From NCBI GenBank assembly GCA_031367385.1, contig JANLPS010000176.1, forward strand, positions 1 to 64,000: a DNA stretch of 64,000 bases, in the 5' to 3' direction. Shown here piece by piece: positions 9,385 to 17,656 of this stretch. The number at the start of each line of letters is the position of its first letter. The stretch's first letter is position 1. Under the pieces are notes generated by a model. That model ran no database searches. It had not been told where the DNA came from and worked only from the letters and a program-made list of their open reading frames with translations. The position numbers and the translations under genes were made by a program. This DNA comes from Archangium sp. GTDB taxonomy: Bacteria > Myxococcota > Myxococcia > Myxococcales > Myxococcaceae.

Positions 9385-12300
9385 ATGAGCCAGCGTCTGT
9401 TGATGTTCGGAGGCTGTCTTCTCGCCGCGGCGTCGATGGCTCAAGTGCCTATCGTCTATTCGCGGTGCCCACGCAGCAATACCCCCGTCACCGTTTCGGC
9501 GCAGGTGCTCAAAGCCGGTGTGACGTCGACGAAATCGGCGACCGTTCAGAGCGGTGACCTCGTCGAGGCGCTGCCAGATACCAGCAAGGAGTTCGCTGGC
9601 TTCGTGGCGCCGTGCGACCTGATCTATCGCGACGCTGACGGCGGCGAGCGAACCTTGTTCGACTGCACCAACGCCGACGGGGGGTGCGCCGCGTTAGACC
9701 CGGCGGTCTCCTTCGACGCAAAGACCATCGCCTTTTCTGTTTTTCGCGGCCCTCTCGAGCACTTCTATGCGGCCGTGTACCCGCAAGAGCTCGACCCCGC
9801 CGCAGAAAATACGGGCGCCAACTTCCCGCTCCTGCCAGGTACGTATCTGGCGAGCGTCGAGGCACAGCTCTACCTCGTCGACGTTGCCACCGGGGCGCTG
9901 ACGCCACTGGCACACGCGCCTGGGGTTTTCGACTTTGGGCCGGTCTGGCTCGCGAATGGTCGCCTCGGGTTTACGACAGACCGAACCAACACCTACCGGG
10001 CGATGCCGACCTGTCTCAACACCACGAACAAGGCGGTTCAATACAGCTCGATGGCGCTCGATGGCAAAGACGTCGAGCGGCCGAATGCGCACGGTCTTGC
10101 CTCAGAGCTTCACCCGATACCGCTGGTCGACGGGCGGGTGCTGATCAGCAGCTGGCAACTCTTTGGCATGCTCTCGTTTGGCCATGGCAACGCCGTCGGC
10201 AGCTGCGGCACACTCGCCAATAAGTTTCACCTGTACGCGTTTGACCCCGACGGCTCACGGCAGATGGCGGTGTACGGCCAGCACCTCGATGACCCCACGT
10301 CGCTTGAGTACGCCGACAAGGCCATCGTCACACACATGGCTGCCCACTTCATCGGGCAGTCGAGCGACCGACGTATCTGGGTTGACGAATACTACCGCGA
10401 CAACAATCTGGGGCTCGGCACCATCACCGGCTTCGCCCTGCCACCCGAGGGCGAAGAAGGCATCACGGTCGCCCAAGCCGAGGCGCTCAAGACCTCAGCG
10501 TACCGACCCCCACGGCAGGTGCGCCTGGCGGGGTGGGCCTCGAACGCCGACCAAGACGCCGCCCCCATGCCTGCACCCTCCTTCGTGTCACCCAACTACG
10601 CCGACCCGCTCTGGTACGCCGGCAAGGTCGGTCACCCCGCCGCAGCCCCAGGCAACCGACTGTTGGTCACCTGGGGCAAGGGCTCTTGCAGCCAGGCAAC
10701 AGGCTCGACCTTCATCGCCGTGATGAGGGCGCTCGCAGCAAAAGCTCCCGACAACCCGGTGTGCGATACGGGTATTTACCTCACGCCGCCACTCCCAGAG
10801 CAGAACAGCGGCATTCTTTATTCTCACCCATCGCAATGGCAGGCGGTGGTTGATCGACGAGAATTTCACGAATTTTTTGCACGGGCGGTGGTGCCGTACC
10901 GCGAGCTGTACGGCGTTGATTCGCCGGAGCTCAGACCTCCAGCTGCAGCCTCAGGTCGGTCGGCGCCAGAGCTGCCCTCGGCGACTCCGTTCGGCATGTT
11001 GGGCGCTTCGTCGATTCTCCACCGTGAGACGAACCCGCATGGCGGCTTTCTCTTCGAGGGCGACAACCAAATGTCGCACGTCGGCACCGACACGGTCGAC
11101 TACACCGATAGTGAGCTCTGCGGCATTCGCATTCTCGCCGTGCTGCCAAACCGGCGGCGCGAGTTCACCGAGCTGTCGTTTTCGACCGTCGGTGAACGGG
11201 TCGGCATCATCGGAGAATTCGCGGTACGAAAGGGCGGCGGAGTCATCGATGGTCTGGGCAAGCCCGACACCAGCTTTCGGGTGCGCCTGCCGGCCGATGT
11301 GCCGTATTTGATGCAGGGCATCGATTGCGAAGGGCGAACCCTCAACACCGACCAGACCTGGCAGCATCTGTCGCCTGGAGAGTTTCGAACCTGCAACGGG
11401 TGCCACGTTCACAGCGCGGCTTCAAACGACCTGCCGTTTGCGACGACTGTGGCCGGCAAAGGGCAGGTGAGCGCCACGCTTCTCGGTGAAGGCACGGTGC
11501 CTCTGCTCCAAGGGGGGCCGAGCGATTCGCCACAAGTCGAGCGGGTTGCTGGGTGGTTGTACCAGGTGGAGTTCGAGCGCGACATCATGCCGCTGCTTGC
11601 GTCGCGCTGCGTGAGCTGTCACGGAGCGGCTCGAGCCGAGGCGGGACTTCGGCTCGATATCGCTCGCACCGACCAGATGCAGTTGGGCACGGCGCCCGAT
11701 ATCAGCACGTGGAAACGCCTGGCCAACGACTACGGCATGAGCTTCGTACCCGCCGAACTCAAGCACCCCGCTCGACAGGGGGTGCTCGCGAAGCCCAACC
11801 TCTCGAAGTACGTGAGAATGCTGAATGCTCGCGGGAGCCTGTTGTATTGGAAGGCCGCGAATCAGAGAACCGATGGGCGCACAGACCAGCAAGTGCCCTC
11901 GAACGCAGACTCGGGCATCGCGAACTATGGTCAGTACGATGTCGACTTCGGCCCAAGCCACATTACGGCCATGACCGCGGTTGAGCTGAGACTGCTCTCA
12001 AGGTGGATCGATACTGGCGCGGGGTGGGGCTCCACGTTCATGGAAGATACCATCGCGCCAACACTCAGCTTCGTAGGCACGACCGACGCAGGCGTCATTA
12101 CCGGTCTCCTCGTGGGAACGACGGACGTCGGCTCAGGCATCGTGCCGTCGTCTCTGAGGGTGTGCGTGCTGCGTGCTGACGCGGGGTGCTTGCCGGTGAG
12201 CGCTCCGCTTGCGGCGATGGCTGGCGTCGTCTCGGTTGCTCTCGAACCAGGGGTCTCCCGCACCGATGATGAAATCGAGGTGGCGGTCGGCGACGACGCC

Positions 12301-12591
12301 GGCAACACCACCCGGCTTCGACGTTCGGCTCGGTTTCTGCTCGGGTTACCCACGGCCATCGTCGAGGCTCCCGACGCGGGGAGCATCAGCAGTGATGGCG
12401 GAGAACCCGTCTCTCGTGACGCGGGTGGCGCTGGCGCGCTCGAAGATGCACGCGATGCGGGCCCCAGGGGCGCGGGCGATGTCGCCGGTCGCTGCGGTTG
12501 CACCGGCTCGGGAGGCAGCAGCGGTCTGTTCATCGTCGCGCTTCTCGTTCTTCTCGGCAGGCGCCGGTTGGGTCTACGCTTCTTGAAGTGA
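9385..12591 (+). CDS. Exported hydrazine-synthase-alpha-like (HzsA-related) beta-propeller protein with two c-type heme motifs and a MYXO-CTERM tail
   Basis: Signal peptide; TolB-like DPAVSFD and PVWLANGRLGF motifs; SFRVRLPADVPYLMQGID..G..L...TW..L.PGEFRTCNGCH; second motif CVSCH; C-terminal GRCGC-linker-TM-RRR. Confidence 0.8.
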   Translation: MSQRLLMFGGCLLAAASMAQVPIVYSRCPRSNTPVTVSAQVLKAGVTSTKSATVQSGDLVEALPDTSKEFAGFVAPCDLIYRDADGGERTLFDCTNADGGCAALDPAVSFDAKTIAFSVFRGPLEHFYAAVYPQELDPAAENTGANFPLLPGTYLASVEAQLYLVDVATGALTPLAHAPGVFDFGPVWLANGRLGFTTDRTNTYRAMPTCLNTTNKAVQYSSMALDGKDVERPNAHGLASELHPIPLVDGRVLISSWQLFGMLSFGHGNAVGSCGTLANKFHLYAFDPDGSRQMAVYGQHLDDPTSLEYADKAIVTHMAAHFIGQSSDRRIWVDEYYRDNNLGLGTITGFALPPEGEEGITVAQAEALKTSAYRPPRQVRLAGWASNADQDAAPMPAPSFVSPNYADPLWYAGKVGHPAAAPGNRLLVTWGKGSCSQATGSTFIAVMRALAAKAPDNPVCDTGIYLTPPLPEQNSGILYSHPSQWQAVVDRREFHEFFARAVVPYRELYGVDSPELRPPAAASGRSAPELPSATPFGMLGASSILHRETNPHGGFLFEGDNQMSHVGTDTVDYTDSELCGIRILAVLPNRRREFTELSFSTVGERVGIIGEFAVRKGGGVIDGLGKPDTSFRVRLPADVPYLMQGIDCEGRTLNTDQTWQHLSPGEFRTCNGCHVHSAASNDLPFATTVAGKGQVSATLLGEGTVPLLQGGPSDSPQVERVAGWLYQVEFERDIMPLLASRCVSCHGAARAEAGLRLDIARTDQMQLGTAPDISTWKRLANDYGMSFVPAELKHPARQGVLAKPNLSKYVRMLNARGSLLYWKAANQRTDGRTDQQVPSNADSGIANYGQYDVDFGPSHITAMTAVELRLLSRWIDTGAGWGSTFMEDTIAPTLSFVGTTDAGVITGLLVGTTDVGSGIVPSSLRVCVLRADAGCLPVSAPLAAMAGVVSVALEPGVSRTDDEIEVAVGDDAGNTTRLRRSARFLLGLPTAIVEAPDAGSISSDGGEPVSRDAGGAGALEDARDAGPRGAGDVAGRCGCTGSGGSSGLFIVALLVLLGRRRLGLRFLK

Positions 12592-12764
12592 GAACCAGAC
12601 CGCTGCCTCACCACGGCCAGACTCACCAGTGAGGGCAGGCTCAGAGTGCACACTCGGTGGGTGACGAGCGCCAAGACGTTCGCCAAGTGCCCGTCGAAAG
12701 GCCTCCGGCAGCACCGACTTCTCCGGCGCACGCCGCCGGCCATCCTCCACCCCAACCACACGCG

Positions 12765-14102
12765 TCAGTAACTGTTCTGAGCGCCGAACGTGCTGAGGGT
12801 CTTCTTCTCGAGGGCACGGGCGAAGTGCTTCAGCTCCTTGCCTTTGCCGGTTCGAATCGAGCGCTCGGTGTCGGCCATCACGTCTTGGTTGCCGGCCAAC
12901 GCCTGCGCCGAGGTGCCGAACATCGCACGCGCCCGGCCCAACAATGAGAACGCTTCTTCGCGATCTCCGCGTTCGAGGGCAGCGGCGGCGGCGACCAGGT
13001 GCTTCGAGCCCAGCGCGCTGACGGCGTTGCTGAACGCAGGCTCATTCTTCGAATTTTCAACCGCTGCCAGGTCGTCTGACGAGCCGACATTGACCTGCGC
13101 GTGCTCGACCTGCATGACGCCCGAGCTGACCGCCACGTCACTCACCTCGACTGCGAGCAGCTCGCGCGCCGAGACCACCGCACCGGGCGCCACCTGGAGT
13201 CGCACGAACAGCCGTGCCGTGTCGCCTTGCTTGAAGTCGGGCAGACGCAGCTGCGAGCCCAGCAACACCCGGCCCGGCACTTCAGTGACGGTGACTCCGG
13301 CACCAGGCTTCAGCGTCAGCTTGACGTTGCGGGCGAGGGTCGCGCGGGCCTGGCTGAGCTCCTGCGCCAAGACTTCGTCGAGCCGGCCGGCCTCGCTCAA
13401 GTACCCGTAGAACCCGCCGCCCAGCTCGGCGAGGCCGATCATCAGGCTCGCGTTGTAGTCGGCCCCGATGCCCAGGGCGGTGACGCCGATGGCTTGCTCG
13501 TGAATCGATTCGGCCACTCGCATCAGCTCGTCGGAGGCGACCACGCCCACGGTCGGGTTGCCATCGCTCGCCAAGACCAGGCGGCGGTTGCCGGTCGCCT
13601 CCGCGAGCTCGTCGGCTCCGGCGCGCAAGGCGTCGCCAATGTTGGTGCCGCCGCCCGGTTGCAGCTCGTCGATGACACCGAGCGCGACCCGCTTGCCTTC
13701 GGCGTTCATCGTGCGCAGGTGCAGACGGGTGACGTCGCTGCTGAAGCTCACCAGAGCCAGCTGGTCGGTCGGCTCGAGTCGCTCGACGAAAGCGCGGGCT
13801 GCGCGCTTGGCCGATTCGAGCTTCTCTCCGACCATCGAGCCTGAGCGGTCGATGACGAGCGAGATGCTGACCTTTGCGCGCGCGGTGGCGGCTTCACGGA
13901 GGCGCACGTCGATTTGCGCGGTGACCTCGCCTCCGCCGGCGGGCACCAGGCCGTGGGTCGCAATGGCCGTGACCTCGAGGAGCCCATTCGACGAGCCGGG
14001 CTTGGCGATGGGCGGGGCGACGGCGGGTGGCTTGCGCGACGGGCCCAGAGAGATGAAGCCGAGAACGGAAGCTGCGACGAGGAAGAGGGCGGTGCGTGAC
14101 AT
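12765..14102 (-). CDS. von Willebrand factor A (VWA) domain protein, YfbK-like
   Basis: MIDAS DRSGSM, GGGTNI, LASDG; N-terminal hydrophobic segment; GAAGGAG RBS. Confidence 0.9.
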   Translation of the reverse strand: MSRTALFLVAASVLGFISLGPSRKPPAVAPPIAKPGSSNGLLEVTAIATHGLVPAGGGEVTAQIDVRLREAATARAKVSISLVIDRSGSMVGEKLESAKRAARAFVERLEPTDQLALVSFSSDVTRLHLRTMNAEGKRVALGVIDELQPGGGTNIGDALRAGADELAEATGNRRLVLASDGNPTVGVVASDELMRVAESIHEQAIGVTALGIGADYNASLMIGLAELGGGFYGYLSEAGRLDEVLAQELSQARATLARNVKLTLKPGAGVTVTEVPGRVLLGSQLRLPDFKQGDTARLFVRLQVAPGAVVSARELLAVEVSDVAVSSGVMQVEHAQVNVGSSDDLAAVENSKNEPAFSNAVSALGSKHLVAAAAALERGDREEAFSLLGRARAMFGTSAQALAGNQDVMADTERSIRTGKGKELKHFARALEKKTLSTFGAQNSY

Positions 14103-14240
14103 CGGTGCTCCTTCAAGTACGGGGAGCAGGCACCGTTTCACGGAGCGCGGCGCGGCCTCATCGGTCGAACACCCGACCTCGGGCGATCGACCGTCGGACG
14201 TTTGACCGATGGTCTCGGCCGTTCAATCACACGTTCGCTT

Positions 14241-14281
14241 GAGTGAATGTGCAAGTTGCGTCGAGTGAACGTGCACGTTGC
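14241..14281. promoter_or_regulatory. Tandem 19-bp direct repeat with 22-bp period, possible regulator sites
   Basis: GAGTGAATGTGCAAGTTGC / GAGTGAACGTGCACGTTGC, upstream of the VWA gene. Confidence 0.5.
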
Positions 14282-14429
14282 CGGCGATCATCAAAGCGCT
14301 CGGCGATTTCAAAGTGCCCACCGAGTAACGATGTCGTGAGTTGATGACCGCGCCCGTCGCGTTCTGCCCCTTCACGAGGGCGGCGTGATGGGCGCAGTTC
14401 TTCGGGCGTCACGAACTTCAGCGTGACCT
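14277..14429 (+). repeat. Degenerate direct repeat A, a frameshifted copy of 17471..17628
   Basis: Shared blocks such as gttgccggcgatca, aagtgcccaccgagtaacg, gagggcggcgtga and gggcgtcacgaacttcagcgtgacct, with several indels. Confidence 0.9.
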
Positions 14430-14453
14430 GGAGCGCCGGTCAGGAAAACGGGC

Positions 14454-15872
14454 TCAGGGCAGCCGTCGACGCGCGTACTGCATCGCGCCGCGGGGCCCGA
14501 CCAGCACATGCACCGCAACGCCATTGGCGACGATCGCCCAGGGGTGATTGGCCCCCGCGAGCGTCGCGGTGGTATCGATGGCGATGGTTCGCGGTTGCCA
14601 GGTCGCGCCGTAATCGAATGACGACATCACGCCAGCCGGGTCATCGATGGTGTCTCCGCTGTCGCCGTGGCGCCAGAGCATGTGAACACCCCCGCCAGGC
14701 GCGAGCCACGCGTGTTGGTGGTTCCTGTCGACGCCCATGTCTTGAGGCAGCACCCGTGCGGTGCCCCAGGTGACGCCATCGTTGGCCGAGGTGTTGTAGC
14801 CGATGCGGTCGGGTGGCAAACCACCGCCGCTCGCCAAGGCCTCACGCTGCCAACAGGCGAACACGTGACCATCGGCCGCCGTGAGCTGCACCCTCGCCTG
14901 CCTATCGCTGACCGATGAGCTTTCGCCGATCGCGACCGGTTGACTCCAGGTCGCGCCGTCATCGGTCGACCGAATGTACAGCGCCGGCCCACTGCCGATA
15001 CCGGTGAGAACGCTGGTGTAAGCGATGTGCACGGTGTCACCATCGACGGCCAGGGTTTGCCCTGCGCCGTAGGTGCCGAGGTTGCTCGCGAGGGCAGTTG
15101 CCGTCCACGTCGCTCCGAAATCAATCGAACGAAAATACCACTCGCTCGCCCCGTCGGGGCCGGTGGGCATGCTGGTGCCGGCGAAGTGTATGAAGTTGCC
15201 GTGAGAAGCGACGCGCCCGCGGTAGATGGGGTTGACAGCAGAGTTGAGCGTCACTGGCGAGGTCCACGTGTCACCATTGTTCGTCGACCGCCGAAACCGA
15301 ATCGTGCGCCCACCGACCGACGCCGCAGAATCCATGTCATCGTCAGCGGTGATCAGCGCCAGCGTGTCACCTTCGGCAAAGAAGCCTCCATACATCGCCG
15401 GGAAATTGCCGGCGGCGGGCGCAATGGTCGAGGGGGCGCTCCAGGTCGCGCCGTTGTCGGCCGAGCGCCGGTGCACCAGGTAGCCACCCAGGTGCCCGAC
15501 GATGTGAAGCTGATTTCCGATCGCCAGGCGACCGAGGTCTTCGACCAATGAAATGGGCGCCGACCAGAGGTTCGCGCCCGCATCGGTGCCCGAACCCGCA
15601 TCCACGCCTGAACCTGCGTCGGCGATAGAGCCGGCATCGGCCCGCACGCCACCATCGACAGGGGCGCCTGCGTCAATCGGAGTCGACCCCGCATCGACGT
15701 TGCTCCCGGCATCGGGCAGCCCCGTGCCGGCATCGAGCCCGGTGCCTCCATCAATCGGGGCGCCGCTGTCCGCAATGGAGCCACCACCCCCAGCGCCGCC
15801 ATCAAGGTCACCCAATTGCCCGACACAGCTCGATAGAAGACACAGCCACACTGCGAATCGAAGTCGCACCAT
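14454..15872 (-). CDS. BNR/Asp-box (sialidase-like) beta-propeller lipoprotein with a DAG-rich linker
   Basis: Lipobox LSSC; six SxDxGxTW-type boxes (SADNGATW, STNNGDTW, SIDFGATW, STDDGATW, SANDGVTW, SFDYGATW). Confidence 0.85.
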   Translation of the reverse strand: MVRLRFAVWLCLLSSCVGQLGDLDGGAGGGGSIADSGAPIDGGTGLDAGTGLPDAGSNVDAGSTPIDAGAPVDGGVRADAGSIADAGSGVDAGSGTDAGANLWSAPISLVEDLGRLAIGNQLHIVGHLGGYLVHRRSADNGATWSAPSTIAPAAGNFPAMYGGFFAEGDTLALITADDDMDSAASVGGRTIRFRRSTNNGDTWTSPVTLNSAVNPIYRGRVASHGNFIHFAGTSMPTGPDGASEWYFRSIDFGATWTATALASNLGTYGAGQTLAVDGDTVHIAYTSVLTGIGSGPALYIRSTDDGATWSQPVAIGESSSVSDRQARVQLTAADGHVFACWQREALASGGGLPPDRIGYNTSANDGVTWGTARVLPQDMGVDRNHQHAWLAPGGGVHMLWRHGDSGDTIDDPAGVMSSFDYGATWQPRTIAIDTTATLAGANHPWAIVANGVAVHVLVGPRGAMQYARRRLP

Positions 15873-15970
15873 TTCGTTTTCAACTCCTTCGGCCCATCTG
15901 CAGTCTCGCATCATAGGGCCCGCGGGCGCTCAGGTCGGAGACGATTCATGAACAAAGGCGACACCACGAA

Positions 15971-16015
15971 CTCATCGCGCCACGGTTTTCTCGCCGCCGC
16001 AACCGAGTCGCTGGC
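15971..16015 (+). repeat. Degenerate direct repeat B, a copy of an internal piece of the GNAT gene (20518..20561)
   Basis: 29-bp perfect core tttctcgccgccgcaaccgagtcgctggc plus a mismatched 5' extension. Confidence 0.85.
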
Positions 16016-16042
16016 CGCATTTTCATCTCGCCGGGCATCAAG

Positions 16043-16234
16043 GTGCTCCCGCTCGCGCCCTTCACGGTGACGGTCGCCGCCGGTCTGTCGCAGGCGTATG
16101 GGGTCGAATCGGGCCCCCTGCCCGCGCGGCTGTTTTCGCCCACTGGTCTGGCTGTCAACCCCGTTGGCGGTCAGCTCGCTATCGTCTCGGAGCAAGACGG
16201 GGCGCTGCTGGTGACGACCGGGTTCACGCCTTGA
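16043..16234 (+). pseudogene. C-terminal fragment of an NHL-repeat-like protein
   Basis: GPLPARLFSPTGLAVNPVGGQLAI resembles a final NHL blade; no N-terminus. Confidence 0.5.
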
Positions 16235-16449
16235 CGCGATTGAAGCTGAAGTCGGCCAGGCGGGTGGGCCGGCCCGCCGGCGTGCACAGGTCTGCGTCGC
16301 GTGCACCGTTCGAGAAGTGGTCTGCATCGACCCTCGCCACGTCGTAGTCAGCCCCACATTGACTCAATGGCTTGAAGGTGAAGCAGCCTGTGTTCGAGAT
16401 GTCTTGGGTGGCGCCGATCTGCCATGCACCCGTGCCACACCTCGCCCCA

Positions 16450-17241
16450 GTGAAGCCTTGGACGAAGCCCTTGGGCGACCAGCTGCTCGTGCCCCGCGGT
16501 CGGTTGGTCGACTTGACTCCCCGCGCTGTGTCGCTGATCGAGCCGGTGCGCCAGCTCGTCTCCGAGCTCGAGCAGCTGATCGGGCCCGGGAGCGCAGGCT
16601 TCGACCCTCGCACCAGCACGCGCAGCTTTGCGTTGAGCGCCACCGAGCTGTTTCAATCGATGCTGCTCCCGTCGCTCCTCCAGCGCACTGCGCGCAGCGC
16701 CCCTGCGGTGCACATTGCCGCAAGCTCACTGCAGGGCCAGCTGCTGGGCGAACAGCTCGAGGCGGGCGAGCTCGACGTCGCAGTCACGAGCCTCGTCGGC
16801 GTCGGTGCGTCACGAGGGCTGCGAGTGCGGGTCTTGCTGACCGACCGCTTCGTGTGCGTGCTCCGACGTGGGCACCCCGCGGCAGGCCGCCTGACGCTCG
16901 ACGCGTTCGCGGGTCTCGAACACATCGCGGTCTCACCGCGAGGGGGGCCAGGAGGCCCGCTCGACACGCTGCTGGCCGCTCGAAAGGCCGCGCGCCGGGT
17001 GGTTGCGACAACCACCAGTTTCTTCGCTGCCGCAGAAGTCGTGGCTCGCACAGACCTGGCCTGCATACTCCCCGCGAAGTTTCTGAGCGGGCCGGTTGGG
17101 CAGACAGGGCTCGTGGTGCTCGCTCCGGCGGTGGCGCTGCCACCGATTCGGCTCGGCCTGCTGTGGCATGCCCGCTTCGACCGTGATGCAGGGCACCGGT
17201 GGCTTCGCGAGCAGATAGCCCAGGCGAGCAAAGAGTTTTGA
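16450..17241 (+). pseudogene. LysR-family regulator lacking most of its HTH domain
   Basis: Intact substrate-binding domain (LGDQLLV...LTPRA, FDP.TSTRSF, LEAGELDVAV, WHARFDRDAGHRWLR). The preceding EALDEA is in another frame and no DLNLL HTH start is present. Confidence 0.75.
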
Positions 17242-17291
17242 CCGCGCCGGTCGCCGCTTCAACGAGTCATCGACTGCGATGACTCAATCGC

Positions 17292-17639
17292 GTGAGAAGC
17301 GATTTTCAGCAGCATCAAGGTCATCTGGAGGCGAACGACGGCATCACCAGAACTCAGAAGCAGAGTCCCTCAGGCAAGGCGATCGCCGAGGCGCTCAAGG
17401 CATCAGGCGTCGAAGAGGCCAAGCGAAGAGTCACCAAGACCACGGCGACGCTCAAGGCTCCCCTCGACGGGTTGCCGGCGATCAGCAACGCGCCCGGCGA
17501 TTTCAAGTGCCCACCGAGTAACGCTGTCGTTGAGTTGAATGACCGCGCCCGTTGCGACCTGCCCCTGCAAGAGGGCGGCGTGACGGGCGCCGTTTTTTCG
17601 CAGGGCGTCACGAACTTCAGCGTGACCTTGGGCCCGTGA
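17292..17639 (+). pseudogene. Probable C-terminal gene remnant; contains repeat A' (17471..17628)
   Basis: Coding-like 3' half ending NFSVTLGP*, no convincing start; duplicated at 14277. Confidence 0.45.
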
Positions 17640-17656
17640 AGTGGCCAAGTGCGCCC

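Noticed and set aside
9385..12591. True anammox hydrazine synthase
   Set aside because: No hzsB/hzsC or hao genes; myxobacterial sorting tail and context
14117..14141. ECF promoter (TGAAAC...CGTA) before the VWA gene
   Set aside because: Spacer is only 13 nt, too short
14277..17628. Repeat A/A' as a diversity-generating retroelement TR/VR pair
   Set aside because: Mismatches are not adenine-specific, there are several indels, and no reverse transcriptase is in the window
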